From Carcharhinus amblyrhynchos (Eukaryota): DNA of 64,000 nt. A program made the translations under genes and the position numbers. The stretch spans positions 52,390,001 to 52,454,000 of the forward strand of contig OZ336878.1 in assembly GCA_965287045.1 (NCBI GenBank). Direction: 5' to 3'. Shown piece after piece: positions 25,245 through 37,812 of the stretch (positions are counted from its first letter, which is position 1; each line of letters begins with the position of its first letter). Under the pieces are notes generated by a model that saw only the letters and a program-made list of their open reading frames with translations, searched no databases and was not told where the DNA came from.

Positions 25245-28200
25245 GTGGAAGTTTAGCCAACTCTAGTTGTTCTGTGTCTGTGCTTTCCTATCTCCACACC
25301 CTATCTAACCAATCAGTTGCAACAATGCAATGAGCAGGAATGAGTTTTCTTGGGTAGGCCACAGTAGCCACCTCTTAAAATGATGCTGAAACATTCCATT
25401 GCACAGCAACACCAACTATGGAGGTCTCTGGAGGCCGAATACTTGGGGGATTGAAGCTAGAATTCATGCTCAAGTTCACTGAATGCAACTCAGCGACTGA
25501 AACACGAAAGAAACAATCAAATATTTTACCTGCTGCTATTGGGCAACATTAGCTGTAAACTATTGCAAGCATCAGAAAAATGATCTTAATCTTAATTTTC
25601 TAACATTGGTGAAGATTACAACCAAACTATACAATAGCACAGACTAGTGGTCATTCATAGAAAATATGTCCATTTAATTGTCATAAATCTGTAACCTGGA
25701 AACTCAATAGATCATAATCGGCTGTTGAGTTTTGGCAGCTCAAAGACTGAACAGAGAGAGAGGGAACAAGATAAATCAAGTGGTATTGGTTAGATGAAAT
25801 CAAGCTTGGGTTTTAAAAACTTTTTGATTGTAGGGGGAAGGAAAATAACTTAAAGAAGGAATGAGTTAGAGTTTACTGTGCAATGTATTTTTATTTTAAT
25901 ATGGTTAGAATGTGGAGGAGGAGAACCTGAAAAGCAATATTTCTGGAGCTTTGGAATACAGAAATTCAGATAAATGCTAATATTATAAAAGAAGACAAGA
26001 AGGCTGCAATAGAGACAAAGATTGGAAAGATGAGAGAGGGCCTACTCATTACAAACACACAAAGTACAAAGCACAAACATCAAGGCAATCTCAAATCTCC
26101 TAACATTAATACAGCAACTTAGAAATCAGTTCTCCTATCCCACATAATGGTTGTTTTCTCAATTTTTCTCTGCACTCTTCACATTTAAAGGGGTTTATCA
26201 CGATGGTGCCTACAAAGCCTTATTGGAACCACTACAAATGCACATGCAGTTCCTCTCTTAGGTCTACAGTAAAAACCCAGTAGCTTTCCCTGAAAAAGCT
26301 GAGGTTTTGTTGTGGCCCCAGTTGGCTCAGCGAGTCTATATTCAATGAACTTTGAGGGAAGCAAACTTGGAAGATCTCCAGTTTAATTTCAAAGCCTGAA
26401 CTGTTAGTTGGGGTTCAGCCAGAGCAACATTAACAGTGATCTACTGAAGTCCGGTGCCACTTGTTCAGAAAGGATGAAGTGGCCAGGGCTCCTGTTCCAA
26501 ATCCCTATTCAGTGATTTTTTCCCCCATTGGACAGTGCTCACATGGATTGTGGATGTAGAAGATTAGGTTCAATTAACTCAGACAAAAAGATCACAAGAG
26601 TCACCTCTTTGCCTTTTCCTCCACAAATAGAGAATACTTGCTTTTCTCTAAACATTAGAGTCACTAACTACCAGGACAAACAATTTAGATTTAGAAACTT
26701 CTTTCTGATTTTAAGCTAAATCTCTCACTTTTAATGGACTCTTGCAACTTACATTCCATTGTCCAAACTCAATTCCTCTCCCTGCTTGAAACATCCTATT
26801 CTTCTTTTACTCCTTACTGGTTCCTGCAACACCACACATCAGCTAGAGCTGGAATGCAGGGCAAAGGACCTCTGTCAGTACATCTTATGCCAGGATACCA
26901 AACGTGCTGAGCAAGACTGGGCTCTTGGTTCGCTCCAAAGAGAACACAAAAAACAGCAGAACAGGAGAAGTCAAACTCATGTTCCACTTTATATCTCTGG
27001 GCTCTACATTTCAGGGCAGATGGACAAATAGGTTAAAAAAATACTTGTTTAAACATAGATAAAAAAGTAAACAAAGTTCTCAAGTTCTGCAGCAGCGGGT
27101 GCATATACATTATATAGTAAAGGAATAGGAAAAAAAGGAGGAAAACACAATGCTGAGACCTATGCATTCAGGTATTCTGGAACTACGTTCAATTGAGATG
27201 ACTAGAGATTGTAGTAATATAAATCTTGTCAGCTGTCAAAATCACCATGTATGTATTAACAGCCCAGAAACCAGCTGATTTGATTTTGTCATCTAGTACC
27301 CAAGACCATAAGGAGAACAGTGTCTTCGTTATGCAAAATATATATAGTCTAGACTCACATGGCAATGCTGTATTGATGTTACCATCTTTTGAAGAGAAAT
27401 TCAAGCCAAAGGCTATTCTGCTTGCTCCAGTGCACATTTACGATACCATGGCACCATCTGATGAACAAGTGCTGATAGTGTCCTAGCCAACATTCCACCC
27501 CAACCCAGCACCACAAAGAAATAAACTCGTCATTCATCTCACTGCTGTGTGAGATTTTACTTCATACAAGGTGACTTTCAGTACAGCCAAAATAGCAATG
27601 GTCAATCCACTTCAAAGTTATTATATGTGAAATGCTTTTGAGGTATGCAAGAGTAGGGGGGGTCTTACATAATTGAAATATCTCAACTCAAAGACATTAA
27701 CTACATTAGCAAATTCTATATATTTACTGCATGGCCATATTTATTACATATTGATATTAAATAGGTCATTAATAACTTATTTTGGAAAGCGTCACCAAAT
27801 AAATGCTCTCTCCGATGTGACACTGGGTCACGTAGACCAAGGAAGTTACAGATTCAATTCCTGATCATGGCTGGGGTGCTACGGATGATTACCGCGGGCA
27901 GGAGAAACCGTCTTTTGACTGCTATGAAGGACAATTGGGAAGGAGGAAAGGGGTTTGGGCTTCCAATTCTCGCCAATGAACCCAGTGTAAAGTATTTGTA
28001 TGTTAAATGTGGAACTAATATGGGGTTGGGTTTGGATAAGATACCACAGCCAGTTAAGAGGCCTGTTGACATTTAATGTTCAAAGTCACACTTGAAAGAC
28101 ATCAGGAGGTGGGTAGAACCTGTGGAACCACATGCCAGAATAAGTTGACAACTTCAAAGAAGGAACAGAAGATAAATCAGGTGAAAAGAAAAAAAAATGT

Positions 28201-29477
28201 AATAATAAGCTGCTTTGAGGAACTTCTGTACACAGAAACTTTGACCTTACTGGTACACTTAAAAGCATCCCATTTACTGTATAGATTTTTTTAATGCATC
28301 CTTTTTCTCAGAGTTACAAAGCCAACAAGCAGAGTGGACAGGGCAAACCGTCGATCCGTTTCCTTGCTTGCTCCAAAAGCCAAAGCTTTTAAAAAGAGAG
28401 AGACAAGTAGAAAAGATGGCACAAATATATGGAGCCCACTAACAGCTGTACCACTTCCACTCAGGCAGTGTGTGGTTATGGTTTTGGCTTTCTTCAAGCA
28501 GACAAAAAACATGACTCAAACAAGATTTTCTTTTAAATTTGCATGTGGAAAATGGTTCCAATTTATTCATTTTCAAAAATATTTGAGAATTTTTCTTTTG
28601 CTCCAACAATTGTGCCTGTTGCTGGACATTTGAACAGGTGAATGTTGCTGAAACCTGTTTGGACCAGAACAAGCGCGTCACTCGGGCTAACAGTCACAAT
28701 CTTTTTCCGCTTGTAACTTTGATTGAAGTAAAGATGTTTACAGTGCACCAAACACCAAAGGCAAAAGTCTGGTGTGAGTCTTTAATATGTACTGCCACGT
28801 TAGTGGCAACAAGACTGTGGTGTTTATAATGCAAATGCACCACCAATTTCAAGGGTTAAGTTTGGGGCAGATTGGTTCTATAAATGGGCTATCTGCGGAT
28901 GGTTGTGATATCAATATCAAGAACGTAATATTCGATACCTCTGTTCAGGACAGGAAATAGAAACAGCAGAGACAGTTGTCAATGTCACAACTGGAGGGGA
29001 CATAACTTCACAGCAAACGCACCACACCCCAGGCCGACAGAACAACTTCTCTTCTAAATGGCACATATAGAATATCTGTCCTGAATTTGATGAGGACACA
29101 GGGAAAGGTTAGAAGGTTAGCACTTGATGCATTCTACAAACAAACCGAACAAGATATCCACTTTATAGCTCATGTAATTTACACTTATCAGCATATTTTT
29201 TTAAACAGCAATTGGAGATGACCAACACGTCACACTCAATTTGTTGGGTGCTTACACTAATGAGTTCTCAAGTTCGTCCTTGCCTACTTCTAAATAAGTC
29301 AGCCGCTGCAGACTTCTGAACTGATGCTGAGCTAATATTATCAGTGAAATGTTAGGAAGATTTCCTGATGAACTTGATGCTGGGTGAAGAAGCTGGGCTC
29401 TGTGTCTGAGTTGGATGACTGGACTGCTCAATTCTTAAGATGCATTGTTCTCAGTGTTTCAGCCAACTTGGTGTTAG

Positions 29478-29772
29478 ACCATAAGACATAGGAGCAAAAT
29501 TAGGCCACTCAGCCCATCGAGTCTGGTCCACCATTCAGTCATGGCTGATATTTTTCTCATCCCCATTCACCTGCCTTTTCCCCATAACCCCTCATTCCCC
29601 TTATTAATCAAAAACCTATCTCTGTCTTAAAGACACTCAATGACCTGGCCTCCACAGCCTTCTGCGGCAAAGAGTTTCACAGATTGAGAACTCTCTGGCT
29701 GAAGAAATTCCTCCTCATCTCTGTTTTAAAGGATCGTCCCTTTAGTCTGAGGTTGTGCCCTCTGGTTCTAGT
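29478..29772 (-). mobile_element. CR1 3'-end fragment
   Basis: CATAAGACATAGGAGC tail; similar to the 3' end of the 18975-20243 element. Confidence 0.85.
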
Positions 29773-29928
29773 GTTGCAGTACCTGTCTGCCACACAAACA
29801 CAGACATCATGGAGGAAGCATGCGTGTATTTCCAATTGTTTAGTGGCTGCCACAACCCGAAGTTTAATAAAATATATAGATATTCATGAGTAAACAGGCA
29901 TAGCCTGAGGCTCATTTTTCAAACCTAC

Positions 29929-30064
29929 CTCAAACAAGCCTCTATCGACAGGGAAAAGCCTTTGGAGCACCTGCATGGACTGCTGGAGACTGGTGAGGAA
30001 GGGCAGCCAGCAACAGGCAAACGTAATCAGCACAGTGAGAGCAATTTTGATCAACTGTTTCATC
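29929..30064 (-). CDS. ALG6: ALG6 coding exon 8 (MKQLIKIALTVLITFACCWLPFLTSLQQSMQVLQRLFPVDRGLFE)
   Basis: Contains the RLFPVDRGLFE motif. AG acceptor, GTAGGT donor, 136 bp. Confidence 0.97.
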
Positions 30065-30402
30065 CTGTAACAAAAGAAGATTTAAGCTCCTGAAAAGCAT
30101 GACTCAATTCCCTGTCCTCCATCCATAGCGTAAAGAAAAGAGAGAATGAAAAGAGCACTACCTAGTACCACATTTTCTCTCCACCTAATGGTGTGCAGGG
30201 ATTGTTTCACAATGCACTTCCAGAATTCTCAACTGGGCAGCTGCAGTGCAAGATTGAGCGTCAGTGTGTTATTCCGCTATGGAGGCTATTACACTCTCAT
30301 CAATTAATATGTATATGTGGATTTTCCAGCATTACGCATCAAGCAGTAATCACAAAAAAGAACTTGGGCTAATTTTTCCCCTCAGTATCTTAAACAACAT
30401 CA

Positions 30403-30675
30403 GATGGAATGGTCAGCACTGCTGCTTCACAGCACCAGGGGCCCAGGTTCGATTTCCAGCTTGGGTCATTGTCTGTGGAGAATCTGCACCTTCGCCCTAT
30501 GTCTGCATGGGTTTCCTCCCACACTCCGAAAGTCATGCTAGTTAGCAGCATTGACCATGCTAAAATTCTCCCTCAGTGTACCCGAACAGGTGCCAGAGTC
30601 TGGCGAATAGGAGATTTTCACAGTAACTTCATTAGAGTGTTAATGTAAGCCTATTTGTGACACTAATAAATAACT
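30403..30675 (+). mobile_element. V-SINE with alternative tail B
   Basis: Same structure as 24941-25244. Confidence 0.88.
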
Positions 30676-32499
30676 TAAAAATAATTTTCCTGATTGAGAT
30701 CAATTAATTTAGCACAGATTAGTAATTGTCTCCCGTGTCCACCCTCCCCCGCCACCCTCTTCCCACCAGCCCTAGTCGGCATGGTTTCATCCAACAACGG
30801 AAGCTGGCTTAGCTATTTGAGTAATGAGGGGTTGAGGGGAGTCAATGTGTTTCCATCAGACAGATTTCAACAATTCAATCTTTCAGGGCAGCATGGCTTC
30901 CCACTTCTACAAATTCATTGCAGCAACTTGCCAAGGCTCCTTTGATAACACCTTTCAAACCCAAGACTTCTACCACCTAAAAGCTCACATGCAGCACATG
31001 GGAACTCTACAACCTGCTAGCTCTCTTCTAAGTCTAACTGACTCAGAACTACAGTCATTCCTTTAGCGTTGTTGGGTCAGAATCCTAAACTCCCTCCCTA
31101 ACAGCACATGGACTGCAGTTGTTTGAGCAGGTGGTGATGGGAAGAGATTTAAATGCTGGCCTTGCCACTGACACCCACATCCCAAAACTATAGGGAAAAA
31201 AATCTGACAGCTTCCACAATGTATGTGTTATCAAAAACAGCAACACAATGGGAGGGACAGAAATACAACCTTGGGTTCCAAAATACATCATGGTGTTCCA
31301 TGGCATAATATCCATACAGGAATGTCTGAAAGGATCTGCAATTTCTCCTTCATCCTCTCCCAGGTTATATTCCAACACTCTTTGTACAGTTATGAACTGT
31401 TATTATCACACTATGGCAGTAGTAAGTCACAACGTCTGTGATCTTTGCCTGTCGGCAATCTCATCTTTTGATACTCCTCTGGTACTTGGCCTTGCTAAGT
31501 GAGCACTGAATTAATGAGTGTGAGGAATTCTAATCTATGTCAACTTAAAAAGATGGCTAAAAACTAAAATATTAGTCAGCAATAGCTAAGGTGGAACATA
31601 GAATGCTAGGTTTGTTGTACCAATGATCATTCAACTGATGCAACTAACTTACCACAAATATTCCTCAGGTGAGAATGTTACCATTGACTGAATGAAAAGA
31701 TTTGAATCAAAACCATTTAGGACTTCTGTACAAATTCTAGACATTCCAGTGAATTACTGGGAGCATGCTGTTTTGAAGGAGATGCTTTCTTTCACATGGC
31801 AGATCGCACTGAAGGCCCAGCTGCCTGCTCAGGAACTACTGAAGAACAGGACTGCTCTCCAAGTGTCCCAGCCAATCTTAATCAACAAAACAGTACAAGT
31901 ACTTACCTTGTGAGATACATTTGTGCACAAACTGGCTGCCCACATTACAACATCTCAACTTAGTTATTTTCTTACAAAATGTAAGATAATCCACCTCTAA
32001 TTTTCTCCACACCTTTGTTCAGTGCTCTGTCTCACAACAGGAAATGGTCCTACAAACAGTGACAGCTCTCCAGTATCTTCTACACGCAGTCATTTTCTCC
32101 CTCTCTCTCTTGTTGATAGCTGTACAACGTCCAAGAAGGGCACTAACGACCACGCATTTCAATGTGATGGTCCATGGTTATTCTTGACAAGGTATTGCAG
32201 TGATTTGCTGTTGCCTTCTTCAGCTTCTGCCTGATCAGAAAACTCTCCCATCTTACCACCTGCAATAGGTATAATGAAAGGATTTCATCTTCCATGGGAC
32301 ACGAACCCCCAGTTTCTAGCAGGGATGCTATAACTGCCCCACAAGAGCCCTGACAGCCATTCTACAGGGCAGATTCTTCAGACTGGAGCTTTGGTAGGCT
32401 ACTCAACTTTGGAAGTCATATTAGCAAATCCAATTCTGTCTTTGTAACAGTTCACACATGCTTCTTCTAGCACAGCTAAGAGGTAATAGATAACAACGT

Positions 32500-32675
32500 A
32501 AAATTGAATCCTTCCTGTGCAGGAGACCTTTCAACCCATCAAGTCTGCACCAGCTCTTATCTAGCCTGACCCCATACCTCACATATTTACCCTGCTAATC
32601 CCCCTAATTTATATACCTTGAGACACTAAGGAACAATTTAGCATGGTCAGTCTACCTACCTGCACATCTTTGGCC
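32500..32675 (-). mobile_element. HE1 SINE, 3' half
   Basis: CAATTTAGCATGG...CACATCTTTGG and the CR1-like tail in reverse orientation. Confidence 0.75.
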
Positions 32676-33134
32676 TTTAGAAAGCTGACAATTTATTCAT
32701 CCCTCCCTACCCCAGGTGAGATGGTTATCACATTCCTGTTGCTGCTCCAGCTGAGGTAACAGGACACAGAGCCGGGACTGATCCTGATCTTTAGACTCTG
32801 GTGTACACAGAATACTATACTTACTATTCAGAATACTGGGCTTTGTATAACTCCAATGCGACAGCATAAAATCATCCAACGGCTACCTACAAAAGGTATA
32901 CTTAGCAAGAAGAAATAGTGGAGGAAAAATATAGAATTTTAAGTCGAATGTTAAGAAGAAGTTTCCTTCTTAATTAAACTGATAGGCTCAAACATAGCTT
33001 GCATGTTTATTTTAAGCTGTTTACAGGGCAGTGCAAACCAGAACAATTCTCAAGTCTTAAAAATAGACCTCACTTGATCCATTTGACATGACAAGGACCA
33101 TGAGTCTATTTAATTCATTGTTTCAGTTACTCAC

Positions 33135-33320
33135 CCTTCACCTTTCAAGTCTCTCTTTAAACAGTTCCCAAGGAGATAGCAGAAGAAAGGCAGTGCGTGG
33201 TAAAGTTCCATTTGCTTATAGTTAAGAGCCAGGCAAAACGCCACTGAGCCAAAGAGGACTCGATCAAACAGTAGGCCCAGCAACCCCCACGCAGCAAGGC
33301 CCAAGCTGATAGAGTTATAT
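33135..33320 (-). CDS. ALG6: ALG6 coding exon 7 ([12 protein letters not shown]...[32 protein letters not shown])
   Basis: Contains the [14 protein letters not shown] motif. AC acceptor, GTGAGT donor, 186 bp. Confidence 0.97.
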
Positions 33321-34292
33321 GTGTTTTCATGTTAAGGATAGCTCACAAATATTCACTCAGACAGCATACATAGACAAACCAGCACTCTCACTGTCTTTTT
33401 TATTGCCTTACGCCAATACTAAGGGATAAGGCAAAAGCCACTTATGCATATGCTTTAAAAGGAAAAAGTCTTTTAAAATTTTCAGAATTTATTACATGAA
33501 TGGAATTAGATAAAGTGATTTTATCCTTTTCGAATTCAGTTTGACTACCAACGCACAAAATTTCCATTTGCCTATGATCGAGAGGCAGATATTTTATTTG
33601 CAGGTGCATTACTTTGCTTCCCGTCACCTCTTTAAGATGCGGTTCACGCTGAGGTGCTGGACTTCCTGCTGTCTCTAAGGGAAAATACCAGATTATTTAA
33701 ACATGGGCAGTATTGCACCCACGCACAGTTCTGTCCTTATTCAATGTTTACACACATTTTCCAGTAGGGGTCAATGGGGAGTATTCTGTAGCACAAACTG
33801 CTGAGTGATTTTTCTTCCCCTTGTCTTGGGGTTATGGAAGTTATCGTGGCTGAAATCAAGTTAACTCAATAAAGGCCTGCCAGTGAACCCAGGATCATCT
33901 GGCTCCATAAAATCCTTTCAGTGCAGGAGGCTATTTGGCTCATTGACTCTCCGAAAGAATATCTAAACTAGACCCCCACTCCCCCACCAAACCCCATGAA
34001 TTTACCATAATCTATTTAACCTATACATCTTTTGGACACTAAGTGGTAATTTAGCATGGCTAATCCACCTAAACTATACATCTTTGGACTCTGGGAGGAA
34101 ACCGGAGCACCCAAAGGAAACCCACAGGGAGAAGCTTCACACTATCACCCAAGGCCAGAATCAAACCCAGGTCCCTGGAGCTGTGAGGCAGCACTGCTAA
34201 CCAGTGTGCCACATCATAGTGCAGTCACTCACTGAACCATTGGGAGAGCTAAATGCATTGTTTTAACGGTTTCTTTAACATTCAAAGGATAT
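33321..34292 (-). other. ALG6: U12-type (minor spliceosome) AT-AC intron of ALG6, 972 bp
   Basis: 5' site ATATCCTTTG (34292-34283), branch point TCCTTAAC (33338-33331), terminal AC (33322-33321). Splicing restores H-F-Q-Y-N in frame. Confidence 0.95.
33906..34212 (-). mobile_element. HE1-type V-SINE inside the U12 intron
   Basis: Reverse-complement head and V-domain. It interrupts an older SINE (about 33690-33905 and 34213-34250). Confidence 0.85.
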
Positions 34293-34357
34293 TGAAAATG
34301 GCCATGGTCGATAAGAATGAGTCCAGGGTACAGCAGTACACACAGCACAGATGACAC
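34293..34357 (-). CDS. ALG6: ALG6 coding exon 6 ([22 protein letters not shown])
   Basis: Contains the [15 protein letters not shown] motif. TGCAG acceptor; ends at the U12-type donor ATATCCTTTG. 65 bp. Confidence 0.96.
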
Positions 34358-37300
34358 CTGCAAAGAGTAAAAGCAGTTGTGCATTTTCAATACAGTTACA
34401 CTGAATCATGTCTCCCAATAAGCAATGAATTATTTCCCTCAAGTCAATTTTCTCCCTCTTCTTCTGAAAATGTTAAAACTCATGCTGGGATCAGAACTGA
34501 CTTGGATACTCTACGACAGCTCACCCAAGTAAGGTACCGTTTATTCAACTTGTGGGCATTGCAATTGAGGCCAAACCATCCTTACCAAAAAACTACTTTT
34601 CCACTGATCAGGAGTGAGAACTCTGCTGATTTCTGTTCCACGCCAAAACTCAGATGCAGAAGTCAAATGAAATTATCAACCAAAACTGGCCTTCCCAAAA
34701 TGCTTTTGTCTATGCCCACATACTTTCATTTGTCTATTTTTTCCTGAAAGTGTTGATTTGTACTATTCTCATTGAGGCTTCGAATAACACTACAAAGTGC
34801 CCATTCTTCCCATATCATGTTAGATGGTGGCCCCATTATTTGACCACAGAGAGTATCACAACCCTGTCCAGTCCTATCCCCACCAGACAACAGGGGCATA
34901 CACAGTCCAGCAGTGATTCCCTTCCAGGGAATTGAACCTGGGTCCCTGGTGCTGTGAAGCAGCAGTGCTAACCACTGTGCCACCATGCTAACTTCAGGGA
35001 ATCACTGGAACAAAAGTACACTATTTAGCCCCTCAAGCTTGTTCTACCATTCAATTCTATTCTAAAATAATTTCATCTCAACTTAATCTACCTGCTTTTT
35101 TTAATTCCCAAATTCCTCAAACCCATACCTAATAAAAAATACATTGATTTCAGTCTTGTCAGCTTCACTTGACCGAGTATTTACTGCATTTTGGATTTTT
35201 CACTTTTCAGGAATCCACTACCATGTCAAAAAACGTTTTCCAATGTTACTTCCAACTGGCCTAGCACTAATTTTAATATTGGAACACTGGCTTTTTTTTA
35301 ATCTTTTCACCTTCACTGTGCAGGATCACTGAGGTAAACTGGAGCTTTGAACTGCCACTATATAATGATTCATGCTCACAGACTTCATCAGGAAAACATA
35401 TTTATTAATAAGGGAAGTCCTCTTCCGCCTGCTACCCTTGAGCAGTCCACCAACTGCCCCAATCCCTGCATGTCTTCTAGAGGTCTTTTGTGTAAGATTT
35501 TGTGTGGCCTTTTGTCCACTCCTTGGTGTGGCTATCTACTCTGTGCCAGTTGACCCGTCAAGCCAGGTGACCCTCTTCTGCTGTGTTGCCCTTAAAAGGA
35601 ACTATCACCAAATGCTAGTTCCTCAATTCAGGCAAAAGATTGAACCTAGGATCATTTTTGGTCTTTATGATTCTCTATCAAATTGCATGGTGCACTGAAC
35701 CAACTGGACTGGAAAGTAAAAACATTTAATCGCGTTAATAGTTAGCTTTCCTGGGCTGACGAAATACAACTGGTCAAGCAAAGGCTGCCAGATGAAAGCA
35801 TATGGAATACATTTCATCGTATAGACTGCAGTTGATCATACACAGTCCATGAAGATACAATAGCATTGCATGGGATGATCACCCAATATAACATTTAAGC
35901 ATATTCACTGTAAAGATCCAGATATCATTTCTGGTCTGTACAGATATGAGATTTCAACAGGGTTAGTTTAGCAATCAGAGCAGCTGCATAAAAATATTTA
36001 ATGATTGTTGGAAAGTGAACAAGAGTTGACATGAGACCATGGCAGCCTCAGGCTTAATCGCAATGCCCTCCAAGGTCAAGTATATTGCTTGTCTCGATTT
36101 ACAAAAGATGAATAGTCACTAGCTGGAGGCATCACGGCTCATTATGAATGGGTGTCTTCAGGTGAAGGTGGGAAATTGAAAAGATGCAGCAGAGATGGAA
36201 AAGAAACATTTGCGTTCATTTTTTAAAGCCAGTTACTATGGAATTGTATCCCAATGACACCAATGCGCTGCACTCCAGTGTGATTTTAGTCACGTAGCGG
36301 AGGTGCTAATTTAGGAACATTACTCATTGCGCGAAAGTAAGAGCATGGGGCAGTTAATGCGCAATTGCAGCTGTTACCTTTATATGAATTACACTGATAA
36401 TTATATGGGACAAACAGTGAATAAATGTCATTACTGTTCCCTCTCAGCTGTTGATTGCCCTGTAGTCTCCAGCCACCTCCCCAACCAGCTTTCCTGCATG
36501 CTTCTTGGGAAACAATTTCAAAAATTGTCTACCAGCCAAACATATCTGGTTTCGTGGCATACACATTTTGCGCTATCTTGAAGCACCCATCATAGATCAA
36601 GGAAGCCTTCACCTTGACTTTTATCAGTATTTCAAGCATGTTAATGATTTGGTTTTGTTGTTTCAGTATACAAAAATATCAGTAAATCTAATGATGGTTC
36701 CATAATGTGACAGAATTTAAAACCTCGGAGCAGTTTCAAGTAACATTATCCTCAAGTCATGCAGGCCACTGCTGCACGATCGCATGGACTTCACTTATTC
36801 CGCAGCTATGTTCCAGACGGTTTCACTGAAACCGAAATTTAACCCTAAGCCTTTGGTCACCTTCACTAAAATGTCAAACCATGTTAATCTAATTCTCCAC
36901 TTGATCAAAGGAAGCAGAAGTTCCGTTCGTCACTCCCTAAAGCGTTATTCTTCATCAATTCCTTCCTGCCCGACCAAAAAAATTCCTCTCCTGAAAGCAT
37001 GAAGACTTCCTATGTTGTGCATCCAGAAGTGTCCCTGGATATGGCACACATAGATTTTCTTCACAAAAGCCTGTACGCTAATATCAGAAGGCTGTTTTTC
37101 CTCAGAGGGAGGTGACTCACCATAGTTTATCCAAAACATGTCTGCAAATGCAGAAAGATCTACACATATACACACACAGGTAGGTAATGATCAGGAACAG
37201 GAATGGAAACTGATTTCCACCACTGCTCCCACTCCTTGCCTAGCATAGGGGGCTGAGACCAAACATCTGATACTGAGATTTATCAACTCAATTCAAACCA

Positions 37301-37514
37301 GGCCTTGGGAATCTGAAACTGCTTTGCTTATATACCAGGTAATGAACTTCATTACATTATTAATTTTTCTCGAGTTAACCAGTGAAGGTTTAGGTGCTAA
37401 GGATCAAGCACTGAGGTTACTAAAGCAGAATAATCAGAGACAGATGCATGAAATGTTCATTTCAGCTACAAGAATTAACAGCCAACTTACATTTATGTAG
37501 CACCTTACATTAAA

Positions 37515-37812
37515 GGGCAGCACAGTGGTTAGCACTGTTATCTCACAGCACCTGGGACCTGGGTTCAATTCCCGGCTTGGGTCACTGTCTGTGTGGAGTT
37601 TGCATATTCTCCCCGTGTTTGCATGGGTTTCCTCCGGGTGCTCCGGTTTCCTCCCACAATCCAAAAGATGTGTTAGTTAGGTGCATTGACCATGCTAAAT
37701 TCTCCCTCAATGTACCCGAACAGGCACCGGAGTGTGGGGCGACAAGGAGATTTTCACAGTAACTCAATGCAGTGTTAATGTAAGCCTACATGTGACATTA
37801 CTAAATAATTTT
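37515..37812 (+). mobile_element. V-SINE with alternative tail B
   Basis: Same structure as 24941-25244. Inserted into a reverse-oriented L2-like 3' end. Confidence 0.88.

Noticed and set aside
27854-29100. Cluster of overlapping 60-99 aa ORFs suggesting a nested gene
   Set aside because: 27780-28200 matches the ancient SINE family. The rest gives no recognisable domain or consistent splice structure.
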